In this document: in pieces, positions 9,506 to 18,951 of the stretch
Layout: each line of letters begins with the position of its first letter
Numbering within the stretch: position 1 is the first letter of the stretch
Origin: Paenimyroides baculatum
Lineage (GTDB): Bacteria; Bacteroidota; Bacteroidia; Flavobacteriales; Flavobacteriaceae
Direction of reading: 5' to 3'
DNA length: 64,000 bases
Assembly: GCA_040391685.1 (NCBI GenBank)
Contig: JBEBXJ010000004.1
Span: 1,243-65,242, forward strand
The notes under the pieces: model-generated
Told to the model about the DNA's origin: nothing
The model's input: only the letters and a program-made list of their open reading frames with translations
Database searches by the model: none
Position numbers and translations under genes: made by a program

Positions 9506-10918
9506 ATGGCAAGAAAAAAAACCGATAAAATCGTATTCGAAAACGTAGAAGTCCTTGATGCAGGCGCAAAAGGCGTTTCGGTAGCAAAAGCTCCCGATGG
9601 TAAAATAATTTTTATTCCGAATGTTGTTCCGGGTGATGTGGTAGATGTTCAAACCTTTAAAAAGCGTAAGGCTTATTTTGAAGGTAAAGCTATCGCTTTC
9701 CACAAATTATCTGCACAACGTGTTGAACCTGTTTGTCAGCATTTTGGAGCTTGTGGTGGTTGCAAATGGCAGAACATGGGTTACGAATTTCAGTTGGGAT
9801 ACAAGCACCAGGAAGTTGAAAATAATTTAAAGAGAATCGGTAAAATTGAATTACCACAATTTGAACCTATTTTAGGATCGAAAGAACAATTTTTCTATCG
9901 CAATAAAATGGAATTTTCTTTTTCTAACGCACGTTGGTTAACAGATGATGAAATTAAATCGGGCGAAGAATTAGGCAAGGAAAATGCCCTTGGTTTTCAT
10001 ATTCCGAAAATGTGGGATAAAATTTTAGATATTAAAAAATGTTATCTTCAGCAAGATCCTTCAAACGCGCTCCGTAATGAAATTCGTGATTTTGCGAATA
10101 AAAACGGTCTGGAATTTTTCAATCCGCGCGAAAATACCGGTTTGTTACGTACGTTGATGATCAGAACGGCATCAACCGGAGAGATAATGGTTTTAATTCA
10201 ATTCTTTAAAGAAGATAAAGCCAAACGAGAAATGTTACTTGATTTCCTTAAAAACCGTTTTCCTGAAATTACATCGCTTCAATACGTGATCAATAGCAAG
10301 CTGAACGATACCATTTACGATCAAAACGTAATATGCTACCACGGTCGTGATTATATTTTGGAAGAAATGGAAGGATTGAAATTTAGTATCAATGCAAAAT
10401 CGTTCTATCAAACCAATTCAGATCAGGCTTATGAATTATACAGTATTACCCGCGATTTTGCAGGTTTAACGGGCAATGAATTAGTTTACGATTTGTATAC
10501 AGGTACTGGAACCATTGCGCAGTTTGTATCGAAAAACGCCAAAAAAGTAATTGGTGTTGAAGCTGTTCCTGAAGCAATTGCCGATGCAAAAGTGAATGCC
10601 GAACGCAACAATATTACCAATTGCGAGTTTTTTGTGGGCGATATGAAAAATGTTTTTAACGATGCTTTTATTGCACAACATGGGCAGCCCGAGGTTATTA
10701 TTACCGATCCGCCTCGTGACGGTATGCACAAAGATGTGGTTGCACAAATACTTAAAATTGCTCCGGAACGTATAGTTTATGTGAGCTGTAATTCGGCAAC
10801 ACAGGCGCGTGACCTAGCTTTAATGGACGAAATGTACAAAGTAGTACGCGTACGCCCGGTTGATATGTTTCCGCAGACACATCACGTAGAAAATGTAGTT
10901 TTACTTGAAAAAAGATAA
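9506..10918 (+). CDS. rlmD: 23S rRNA (uracil1939-C5)-methyltransferase
   Basis: TRAM domain, CQHFGACGGC Fe-S motif, SFYQTN, DPPR, YVSCN, DMFPQTHHVE; start moved to ATG 9506 (MARKK). Confidence 0.95.
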   Translation: MARKKTDKIVFENVEVLDAGAKGVSVAKAPDGKIIFIPNVVPGDVVDVQTFKKRKAYFEGKAIAFHKLSAQRVEPVCQHFGACGGCKWQNMGYEFQLGYKHQEVENNLKRIGKIELPQFEPILGSKEQFFYRNKMEFSFSNARWLTDDEIKSGEELGKENALGFHIPKMWDKILDIKKCYLQQDPSNALRNEIRDFANKNGLEFFNPRENTGLLRTLMIRTASTGEIMVLIQFFKEDKAKREMLLDFLKNRFPEITSLQYVINSKLNDTIYDQNVICYHGRDYILEEMEGLKFSINAKSFYQTNSDQAYELYSITRDFAGLTGNELVYDLYTGTGTIAQFVSKNAKKVIGVEAVPEAIADAKVNAERNNITNCEFFVGDMKNVFNDAFIAQHGQPEVIITDPPRDGMHKDVVAQILKIAPERIVYVSCNSATQARDLALMDEMYKVVRVRPVDMFPQTHHVENVVLLEKR

Positions 10919-10923
10919 ATTAG

Positions 10924-10949
10924 AAGAGCAGCTTAAAGCTGCTTTTTTT
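10924..10949 (+). terminator. Intrinsic terminator after rlmD
   Basis: AGCAGCTT-A-AAGCTGCT followed by T-tract. Confidence 0.7.
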
Positions 10950-10989
10950 ACGAAATGATTTTGTATTTTTACGGTCTATTAAAAACTAT

Positions 10990-11484
10990 ATGAAAAAAAT
11001 TTGGTTTGCAGGGTTGCTTGCATTAGGTTTATCATCCTGTGAAAAAGACGATATTTGTGCTGGTGGCGAATCGGTAACGCCAAATGTAGTTATAAATTTA
11101 CACGACCGCTTAAATACCGAAGCGTTGAAACCCGCTGTAAAAATCGCAATTATTGCCAATGGTTTTAATGATACGCTGTTTTTTAGAAACCGCTCTAAAA
11201 TAGAACTTCCGTTACAAATAAATACCAATGAAACAGTTTGGGATCTTGTTTTGTACATTCCTACAGTAAATAATGATACACTTTTCAGAAAAGATCAGTT
11301 AAAATTTACCTACACACCTGAAGCATTATATGTTTCTAAAGCATGTGGATACAAAACTATTTTTCACGATTTTAATGCCGTAAAAACAACAAGTGTCTCG
11401 GCAACAACTTGGATACAGAGCATTTATAAACTAACAAACGAAATTTCAAATAACGACAATGCGCACATTCAGCTTTATTATTAG
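10990..11484 (+). CDS. Lipoprotein (DUF6452-like)
   Basis: Lipobox LSSC followed by EKDDIC; YVSKACGYK motif. Confidence 0.75.
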   Translation: MKKIWFAGLLALGLSSCEKDDICAGGESVTPNVVINLHDRLNTEALKPAVKIAIIANGFNDTLFFRNRSKIELPLQINTNETVWDLVLYIPTVNNDTLFRKDQLKFTYTPEALYVSKACGYKTIFHDFNAVKTTSVSATTWIQSIYKLTNEISNNDNAHIQLYY

Positions 11485-12169
11485 TGCATTTATAGCTTGT
11501 ACAAGTACTGTATTTGCACAAGATTCATTTCAAAAAAAATATCCCGATATTTATGGTTTGCGCATAGGAACTGATCTGGTTAAAGCATCGCGAAATATCT
11601 GGGATAAAAATTATAAAGGTTTTGAATTTAATGCCGATTACCGTTACAACAAAAAATGTTATTTGGTTGCCGAAGCTGGTTATGAAGATCGATTTAAGGA
11701 AGACGATCAGCTTAGCTATACTACCAGCGGAATGTTTTTAAAACTGGGTGCTGATAGAAATTTCCATCAAAACTGGTTGGATATGGATAACTTGATTTAC
11801 GTAGGTGGGCGTTATGGTATTAGTTTTTATAACCAAACGCTCCACAGTTACCGTGTAAATACCGGAAATGCTTATTTTGATGAAGAAATGCAGTATCCTG
11901 AATTAAAATCGACCGGTTTAATGGCACATTGGTTAGAGCTTGTTGTAGGAATAAAAACAGAAGTTGCTAATAATTTATACATAGGTATGAATGTTCGTTT
12001 AAAAGGATTGTTTTACCAGACACAGCCCGATGGTTTTGAAAACCTTTACTACCCCGGATTTGATCAAAAATACAGTGGTAATATTGGTGTAGGTTTTGGC
12101 TACACCGTTAGTTATTTAATTCCGTTTAAAAAGAAGTTTAAAGAAACACAAACATTGCAATCAAAATAA
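11459..12169 (+). CDS. Outer-membrane beta-barrel protein (DUF6048-like)
   Basis: Signal peptide, amphipathic beta strands, YGLRIGTD start and GYTVSYLIPF end; overlaps upstream lipoprotein gene. Confidence 0.75.
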   Translation: MRTFSFIISAFIACTSTVFAQDSFQKKYPDIYGLRIGTDLVKASRNIWDKNYKGFEFNADYRYNKKCYLVAEAGYEDRFKEDDQLSYTTSGMFLKLGADRNFHQNWLDMDNLIYVGGRYGISFYNQTLHSYRVNTGNAYFDEEMQYPELKSTGLMAHWLELVVGIKTEVANNLYIGMNVRLKGLFYQTQPDGFENLYYPGFDQKYSGNIGVGFGYTVSYLIPFKKKFKETQTLQSK

Positions 12170-12234
12170 ACCTATGCCTCAACCTAATTACTATTTTAAA
12201 ATTTTAAATTTAAAAGCAGATTTACATAAGTGTT

Positions 12235-13071
12235 TCATTCGCCCAACAACTCCCCTGCTTCTTGTAAAATCAATACTTTTCTTTGATCATTAAATTTAAA
12301 ATGATCTAACAAAACAGGATTTTTAACCAATTCACGTACCAAAATACAATTTTTAGACAATAGAATTTGTTCCTCCTCTTTTGTTAAAGTGGTTAAACAA
12401 GTAACAGGATACAAACCTTGTTGATCGGTTAAACGTTTGATACTTTTATCTTCGGGATAATTCCAGCTAATTAAATTAATGTCGTAACAATCTGCAAAGG
12501 CAATGCTGTCTGTGGTAAAAAAGGCATTGGTTATCATATAGCCTTTTTGAGGTTTAAAAGTACGGTTAAAAAAAGTAAAACTACTGTCTTTCAGATCGAT
12601 AAACCGCGATAAAAAATACATGGGTGTTGTTACGCTAATCTTTGCATCTATATCGTTTCTAAATTTACATTCACAGATTAAATCTTCGTTTTTGTTGGAA
12701 ATGATCACGTCTATTTCATGAGTTATGGTAGATTTACCTGTTAAAGTCTGACTTGTTATAGTATCATATCCTTGAACCTCAAAAATTTTTGCTACCCATT
12801 TTTCAAAGAAAAATCCTTCCGGACCTAAATCCTGTAAGGCTCTTTTTAGACTGTAACGCGCTGCTACAGACGATTTCGATTTTTTTAATAAATCAAAAGC
12901 TTTCTGATACAATTCTTTTGTTGATATACCGTTGTAAAGTTCTTTGATGATTTCATTACAAATTTCAGTAGCGGTTTCTTTATTAGTTCCCGAATTTAAT
13001 AACGATTTTTGTAAACTTTCTTTAGAAAATGGAACAAGGTCACCTGATTGCTTTTTTATTTGAATATCCAT
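12235..13071 (-). CDS. ATP-cone domain fused to Mrr-like PD-(D/E)xK endonuclease
   Basis: N-terminal IKKQSGDLVPFSKESL (ATP cone); FFEKWV...HEIDV...ICECK catalytic pattern, ITNAFFT. Confidence 0.85.
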   Translation of the reverse strand: MDIQIKKQSGDLVPFSKESLQKSLLNSGTNKETATEICNEIIKELYNGISTKELYQKAFDLLKKSKSSVAARYSLKRALQDLGPEGFFFEKWVAKIFEVQGYDTITSQTLTGKSTITHEIDVIISNKNEDLICECKFRNDIDAKISVTTPMYFLSRFIDLKDSSFTFFNRTFKPQKGYMITNAFFTTDSIAFADCYDINLISWNYPEDKSIKRLTDQQGLYPVTCLTTLTKEEEQILLSKNCILVRELVKNPVLLDHFKFNDQRKVLILQEAGELLGE

Positions 13072-13080
13072 GTTATTAAA

Positions 13081-13473
13081 CTATTTACCTGATAAACGTT
13101 CGTGAACATATTCAATACGGGTTTTACCATGCGGTTTGGGATTTCCGTCGGTATCTAGATTAACCATTGTAATTTTATCGACCGTAATAATGGTTTCGTG
13201 CGTCATTTTATTTCGAACCTCGCATTTTAAAACCAAAGATGTAGTACCAAATTTTACAACATCCAAACCAATTTCTACGATATCGCCTTCTTTAGCCGAT
13301 GCCATAAAATTAATTTCCGACATAAATTTTGTAACTACGTGTGCATTTTCTAACTGAATGATACTGTACAAAGCTGCTTCTTCATCAATCCAAGCAAGTA
13401 ATTTGCCACCAAACAAGGTTTTATTTGGGTTTAAATCTTCTGGTTTAACCCATTTTCGTGTATGAAATCTCAT
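13081..13473 (-). CDS. Acyl-CoA thioesterase (hotdog fold)
   Basis: PEDLNPNKTLFGGKLLAWIDE; start moved to ATG 13473 (MRFHTRK). Confidence 0.92.
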   Translation of the reverse strand: MRFHTRKWVKPEDLNPNKTLFGGKLLAWIDEEAALYSIIQLENAHVVTKFMSEINFMASAKEGDIVEIGLDVVKFGTTSLVLKCEVRNKMTHETIITVDKITMVNLDTDGNPKPHGKTRIEYVHERLSGK

Positions 13474-13529
13474 GGTGTATCTTTTTCCTAAAAATACCAA
13501 AAAATTGTCGAATCAAGCGTACAAATGCT

Positions 13530-14045
13530 TTATAAAATATCAAAATACAGTTTTTGTTCGTACAAAACGTTTCCGTAGTCGTTTTTCAAGGCATTAAAAC
13601 TTTCATTTTCAACTGTATTTGAAGTAATTTCCTGAATAGTTTTGTTTAAAAAATCTTTATAATAAAGAATAAAAATTTTATCAAACCCTTTAGTATCTGC
13701 CATTGCCAGTTTGTAAAGATATTTTTGATGCTCTTCGGAAATAGTTTTAATTTCAACTTTCTGTGTAATTGCTTCAGACTTGTAATCTGATAAAAGCTGT
13801 TGTAATTTTGGAAGGTTTTCTTTCAGATATTTTTGCAATTCGGGATTTGCACTTTTCTCATAGCCTATTTTGAAAGCTTCTATCTGATATTCTATATTAG
13901 AAATCTGCTTGTTTGTAAAAACATTATCCGGATTAACATTTTCCTTTTTTGTAGCGAATATTTTATTCTTTTTTTCGGTATCCGTTGGTTTATTGCAACC
14001 TATTAATAAGACACCAGCGATAAGTAATAAATAATTTGTTTTCAT
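13530..14045 (-). CDS. Lipoprotein, possible degenerate DUF4142 (ferritin-like) domain
   Basis: Lipobox LIGC; KIGYEKSANPELQKY and GFDKIFI resemble DUF4142 helices. Confidence 0.55.
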   Translation of the reverse strand: MKTNYLLLIAGVLLIGCNKPTDTEKKNKIFATKKENVNPDNVFTNKQISNIEYQIEAFKIGYEKSANPELQKYLKENLPKLQQLLSDYKSEAITQKVEIKTISEEHQKYLYKLAMADTKGFDKIFILYYKDFLNKTIQEITSNTVENESFNALKNDYGNVLYEQKLYFDIL

Positions 14046-14230
14046 AAAGCATATAGATTTTTAATAAAAATACAATATTTTATTTTAATAAATAAATATA
14101 AAATAATTAAATAATAAATTAATAACACATAAACTAAATAAAACATCTAATTACTGAAATAATAAAAATAAAATTTATTAGTATAGATAAATAAAAAATT
14201 GGTTTTTGGTTTAATTGCAAATCTTAATTG

Positions 14231-14238
14231 TATATTTG
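14231..14238 (+). promoter_or_regulatory. -7 promoter box of metK
   Basis: TATATTTG matches TAnnTTTG, just upstream of the riboswitch. Confidence 0.75.
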
Positions 14239-14252
14239 CATTATAAATTTTC

Positions 14253-14301
14253 GAGGAAAAATTTGACTGATTGCAACCTCTTTAAAAAAATGCTAAAGCA
14301 G
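14253..14301 (+). ncRNA. SAM-II/SAM-V-family riboswitch aptamer
   Basis: GAGG...AUUUGACUG AUUGCA A CCUC...UGCUAAAGCAG: P1 GAGG/CCUC, AUUUGA loop, GCA/UGC pseudoknot followed by UAAA, CUG/CAG; lies in the metK leader. Confidence 0.8.
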
Positions 14302-14361
14302 AAAAACTTCTTTAGTAAAAAGCGTGCAATTTAGTTTCCTCATTAAACATTAAACTAATTT

Positions 14362-15648
14362 ATGGCATATTTTTTTACATCAGAATCTGTAAGCGAGGGG
14401 CATCCTGATAAAATTGCAGATCAAATTTCAGACGCATTAATCGATAATTTTTTAGCTTTTGACGAAAATTCTAAAGTTGCTTGTGAAACATTGGTTACTA
14501 CCGGTCAGGTTATTTTGGCAGGTGAAGTAAGATCGAACACTTATTTAGATGTGCAACAGATTGCACGCGACGTAATCAAAAAAATTGGTTACACCAAAAG
14601 CGAATATATGTTTGATGCCAATTCGTGCGGAATTTTATCGGCAATTCACGAACAATCGGCAGAAATCAATCAAGGAGTAGATAAAGCAAACAAGGAAGAT
14701 CAAGGAGCAGGCGATCAAGGTATTATGTTTGGTTATGCTACAACTGAAACCGAAGATTACATGCCTTTGGCTTTAGATTTATCGCACAAATTATTGCTTG
14801 AATTAGCCGAATTGCGTAGAGAAAATAACGAAATCACCTATTTGCGCCCTGATGCAAAATCGCAGGTTACTTTGGAATATGATGATGACAACAAACCAAA
14901 ACGTGTAGTTACCATTGTGTTATCAACCCAGCATGACGATTTTGTAAAACCAGAAAACAGTTCTGCCGGTGCTAAAAACAAAGCAGAAAAAACAATGCAA
15001 GATCAAATAAAAAAAGATATTGTTTCTATTTTAATTCCACGTTTACTAAAGAAATATCCGCAGTACCAACCATATTTTAACCAAGAAATTACGTACCACG
15101 TAAACCCAACGGGTGTATTTATCATTGGCGGACCTCATGGAGATACCGGTTTAACAGGCAGAAAAATCATTGTTGATACTTATGGTGGAAAAGGTGCGCA
15201 TGGTGGTGGTGCTTTTTCGGGGAAAGATCCAAGTAAGGTTGATAGATCTGCTGCTTATGCAGCCCGATATATTGCCAAGAATTTAGTGGCTGCAGGTGTT
15301 GCAGACGAATTGTTGGTTCAGGTTTCTTACGCTATCGGAATTGCAGATCCAATGGGTGTTTTCGTGAATACTTATGGAACAGCAAAAGTAAATTTAACCG
15401 ATGGTGAAATTGCAGATAAATTACAACAATTATTTGATTTGCGTCCGTACCATATCGAACAAGCCTTAAAATTAAGAAAACCTATTTACAGCGAAACGGC
15501 TGCTTACGGACATATGGGGCGTAAAAACGAGGTAGTTACCAAAGTTTTCAGAAACCCGAACGGTGAAGAAAAAACCATTGAGGTAGAATTGTTTACATGG
15601 GAAAAACTGGATAAGGTTAATGCTGTAAAACAAGCTTTTAGCATATAG
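14362..15648 (+). CDS. metK: S-adenosylmethionine synthetase
   Basis: [35 protein letters not shown]. Confidence 0.99.
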   Translation: MAYFFTSESVSEGHPDKIADQISDALIDNFLAFDENSKVACETLVTTGQVILAGEVRSNTYLDVQQIARDVIKKIGYTKSEYMFDANSCGILSAIHEQSAEINQGVDKANKEDQGAGDQGIMFGYATTETEDYMPLALDLSHKLLLELAELRRENNEITYLRPDAKSQVTLEYDDDNKPKRVVTIVLSTQHDDFVKPENSSAGAKNKAEKTMQDQIKKDIVSILIPRLLKKYPQYQPYFNQEITYHVNPTGVFIIGGPHGDTGLTGRKIIVDTYGGKGAHGGGAFSGKDPSKVDRSAAYAARYIAKNLVAAGVADELLVQVSYAIGIADPMGVFVNTYGTAKVNLTDGEIADKLQQLFDLRPYHIEQALKLRKPIYSETAAYGHMGRKNEVVTKVFRNPNGEEKTIEVELFTWEKLDKVNAVKQAFSI

Positions 15649-15672
15649 TTTTTATCAGATAGATTTTTAATG

Positions 15673-15708
15673 AAAGCCGCTTTTTATTTTTTTGAAAAGC
15701 GGTTTTTT
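15673..15708. terminator. Terminator between convergent metK and OXA-like gene
   Basis: AAAGCCGCTTTT...AAAAGCGGTTTTTT. Confidence 0.75.
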
Positions 15709-15714
15709 AATGTT

Positions 15715-16494
15715 TTAAAAATTCAAGACTTCAAAAATCTGAGTTAAAATCAGGTTTTTTCTTTTTTCGTAATCTTTCATTTTTTCAGATTCTAAAGACC
15801 TATAAGTTCTTAACGAAAAATAGATGGGTTTGTTTTGTTTTAAATATACTCCAACTGTCCAATCAATCTCTCTTCCTAAATAGCTTGTGGTAGCTGTATG
15901 TATTGCTAATTTTTGATCCATTAATAATTGGTTAAATACAAACTGCTGATTTTGCTTATGAAATGGTAGCTTGCTACTATACAAATCTTTTAAAAACAAA
16001 ATCATTGAATTAGGATTTGTTAAGGCTGCATAATTCCAAAAGTACTGTAATTCATTATTCTTTATTTCTTTAAAGAATGTCGATTTTTTAATATTATTAG
16101 TATAATTTTCCTGTGGAAGATTATTCTGTAAATGGTCAAAATACCAATCGTTCTTATTTTTTAATGCATCAATTAAATTGGTATCTGCATTCCATTCGGG
16201 TTTTCTTTCATCAAAAAAAGATCTTTTAACGCCATCCCACAACAATTTTTCTTTCACATCAATCTTAAAAATCTTTTCTTCCAAACCAACCAAAGCCTGC
16301 CATAAATGAAAATGAGCTGCTGCCGGTGTGTTAGAAAAAGGTTCCACTTCACTGCTAAACAACCATTCGTCTTTATTTTCGTTGTAAATTACAATGGCTC
16401 CGTTAATATTGTTCGCTTTAAAATAATAATCTAAATAACTTTGAGCCTGTACATTAAAAAATCCTAAAAAAAGTAAAAGTAAAACGTATTTCAT
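15715..16494 (-). CDS. Class D beta-lactamase/transpeptidase-fold secreted protein lacking catalytic motifs
   Basis: Signal peptide; WDGVKR...PEWNADTNLIDAL..., FW, FLKDLY..KLPF, IDWTVG, PIYFSL align with OXA-type enzymes, but STFK reads AHFH and KTG reads HTA. Confidence 0.75.
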   Translation of the reverse strand: MKYVLLLLFLGFFNVQAQSYLDYYFKANNINGAIVIYNENKDEWLFSSEVEPFSNTPAAAHFHLWQALVGLEEKIFKIDVKEKLLWDGVKRSFFDERKPEWNADTNLIDALKNKNDWYFDHLQNNLPQENYTNNIKKSTFFKEIKNNELQYFWNYAALTNPNSMILFLKDLYSSKLPFHKQNQQFVFNQLLMDQKLAIHTATTSYLGREIDWTVGVYLKQNKPIYFSLRTYRSLESEKMKDYEKRKNLILTQIFEVLNF

Positions 16495-16708
16495 GTTTAT
16501 TTTTTTTCAAAAATATAAAAACTAAATGCAAGAACTTACTTGTTTCGACAAAACATTTTGATTTGATAGATTTTACTACTTTTCTGAATCATTTTTAAGC
16601 ATGAAAATTTTTTAAAAACTCAGCCTTTGTACTATTTTGAATAGCAAATACACGTATGAACATGTTGCGGCTTTTTAAGAAAAAAATTCAAAAACCTACA
16701 AGTTTATA

Positions 16709-16744
16709 AAAAAATAAATCGACCACTTGGTCGATTTATTTTTT
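16709..16744 (-). terminator. Intrinsic terminator after menB
   Basis: AAAATAAATCGACCA-CT-TGGTCGATTTATTTT. Confidence 0.8.
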
Positions 16745-17582
16745 AAGGAATATATTTCTTTTCAAAATTTGGTTTGCGCTTTTCTAAAAAGGCATTTCGT
16801 CCTTCAATAGCTTCTTCGCTCATATAAGCCAAACGGGTAGCTTCACCTGCAAATACTTGTTGCCCAACCATACCGTCATCGGTTAAATTCATGGCGAATT
16901 TCAACATTTTTATAGATATAGGCGATTTTTCTAAAATTTCCTGTGCCCAATCGTAAGCTGTCTGCTCCAATTCATCATGAGGAATAACAGCATTAACCAT
17001 TCCCATATCGTAAGCATCTTGAGCAGAATAATTTCTACCTAAAAAGAAAATTTCACGAGCTCTTTTTTGTCCGACCATCTTTGCTAAATAAGCCGATCCG
17101 TAACCGCCGTCAAAACTGGTAACGTCAGCATCAGTCTGTTTAAAAATCGCATGTTCTTTACTTGCTAACGTTAAATCGCAAACCACATGTAACGAATGTC
17201 CGCCACCAACAGCCCAACCATTTACAACTGCAATAACTGCCTTTGGAGTAAAACGAATTAAACGTTGAACTTCTAAAATATTCAGTCGGTGGTATCCGTC
17301 TTCGCCCACATAACCTTGATAACCACGCGCTTTTTGATCGCCACCACTACAAAAAGAATATACACCGTCTTTTGGAGAGGGACCTTCAGACGATAAAAGT
17401 ATCACACCAATTGATGTATCTTCATGTGCATCACTAAAAGCACGCAATAATTCAGAAGTAGTTTTCGGTCGGAAAGCATTTCTAACTTCCGGACGGTTAA
17501 ATGCAATTCGGGCAACACCGTTGCATTTTTTGTACGTTATATCATCAAACTCAATAGCTGTTTGCCAGTTTATTTCATTCAT
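16743..17582 (-). CDS. menB: 1,4-dihydroxy-2-naphthoyl-CoA synthase
   Basis: NRPEVRNAFRP, FCSGGDQ, VGGGHSLHVVCD, SFDGGYGS; TATCTTTG box at 17614-17607. Confidence 0.98.
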   Translation of the reverse strand: MNEINWQTAIEFDDITYKKCNGVARIAFNRPEVRNAFRPKTTSELLRAFSDAHEDTSIGVILLSSEGPSPKDGVYSFCSGGDQKARGYQGYVGEDGYHRLNILEVQRLIRFTPKAVIAVVNGWAVGGGHSLHVVCDLTLASKEHAIFKQTDADVTSFDGGYGSAYLAKMVGQKRAREIFFLGRNYSAQDAYDMGMVNAVIPHDELEQTAYDWAQEILEKSPISIKMLKFAMNLTDDGMVGQQVFAGEATRLAYMSEEAIEGRNAFLEKRKPNFEKKYIP

Positions 17583-17706
17583 TCTGTAAAATTTTATAAT
17601 CTACACCAAAGATACATTTTTTAGTTTTTATAAATTTAACTCCGTAAGGTGTTTTTAAAAATCAGCAAATCGTTTATATTTGCTTACTTATAGCGAATTC
17701 TAAATA

Positions 17707-18912
17707 ATGAAAAAAATAATATTTCCCCTACTTCTTATTGGCGGTCTAAGTATTTCATGCGATAAAAATTTCGATATTGCGCAAGTCATCAAAAAAAGAA
17801 GCGAACTTTTTAAAGATAAAAACAAATTAATTACAAACGAAGATACCTTTGATGTTAAATTTAATCCTGTAACACCAAAATATAAATTAGAAACCCGTGA
17901 AGTTGTTGAAACTTTTTACCATAACCGAATTAACCGCGGTGGCTTTTGGGGACAGTTTCTTGTTGCTAAAAACGGTGAAATAATCTTTGAAGATTATCAA
18001 GGATATGCCAATTATCAAAACAAGGAAAAAATAAACGATTCTACCCCAATGCACGTAGCATCTGTTGGAAAAGTTTTTACGGGAGTTAGTATTTTACGTT
18101 TGGTTAATGAAGGTAAAATTTCGTTAGATCAAAAAGTGAATACCATTTTAACAGGTTTTCCGTTTGACGATATTACAGTGCGTTTGCTTTTAAACCATAG
18201 GTCGGGTTTGCCTTATTACGGAAATTTTACGGCAAAACCAGGTGTTTGGGATACTAAGAAAACACTGACTAATAAAGATGTATTGAATTTATTGGAAACT
18301 AAAGGTATTAAGTTGGATTTTAGACCAAATACCCGCTTTACCTATTCAAACACCAATTATGTTGTTCTGGCGTTGATTGTAGAACAGGTTACAAAAAAAT
18401 CGTTCCAAAATGCTATGAAGGATCTTATTTTAGAGCCTTTAAAAATGTACAATACCTTTGTTTTGGATAATTTAGAAAACAAAGACAACATTACGCAATC
18501 GTACCATGCGAACAACCAAAAAATGCATTGGGATTATTTAGACGGAACGTATGGTGACAAAAACATTTATACAACGGCACGTGATATGCTAAAATTAGAT
18601 AAAGCACTGTATTCCGATAACTTTATAAGCAAAGCTTTGAAAGCTGAAATGTACAAAGGGTATTCGTACGAAAAATCGGGAGCGAACAATTACGGTTTGG
18701 CAATACGTATGGTTGAACCTAAAGAAGACGGTGGAAATCTGTACACCTTTCACAACGGTTGGTGGCGTGGTAACAGAACATCGTATGTAACGTTACGAAA
18801 AGATACCATTACCATTATCTGCTTTAACAACCATAATTCGCAACTGGCTTACAAAACCAAAGAATTAGCACCACGATTAGGGAACTATCCTTTTATACAG
18901 ATTAACGATTAA
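17707..18912 (+). CDS. Serine hydrolase lipoprotein (class C beta-lactamase/AmpH fold)
   Basis: Lipobox ISC; SVGK (SxxK), LLNHRSG, YSN, HNGWW; TATATTTG box at 17675-17682. Confidence 0.9.
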   Translation: MKKIIFPLLLIGGLSISCDKNFDIAQVIKKRSELFKDKNKLITNEDTFDVKFNPVTPKYKLETREVVETFYHNRINRGGFWGQFLVAKNGEIIFEDYQGYANYQNKEKINDSTPMHVASVGKVFTGVSILRLVNEGKISLDQKVNTILTGFPFDDITVRLLLNHRSGLPYYGNFTAKPGVWDTKKTLTNKDVLNLLETKGIKLDFRPNTRFTYSNTNYVVLALIVEQVTKKSFQNAMKDLILEPLKMYNTFVLDNLENKDNITQSYHANNQKMHWDYLDGTYGDKNIYTTARDMLKLDKALYSDNFISKALKAEMYKGYSYEKSGANNYGLAIRMVEPKEDGGNLYTFHNGWWRGNRTSYVTLRKDTITIICFNNHNSQLAYKTKELAPRLGNYPFIQIND

Positions 18913-18914
18913 TC

Positions 18915-18936
18915 AGGCGACGAAAGTCGCCTTTTT
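18915..18936 (+). terminator. Intrinsic terminator
   Basis: AGGCGAC-GAAA-GTCGCCT followed by TTTT. Confidence 0.75.
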
Positions 18937-18951
18937 CAGACATAATAAAAC

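Noticed and set aside
15715-18912. Beta-lactam resistance locus
   Set aside because: OXA-like gene lacks catalytic residues, the serine hydrolase belongs to a broad family, and there is no mobility evidence
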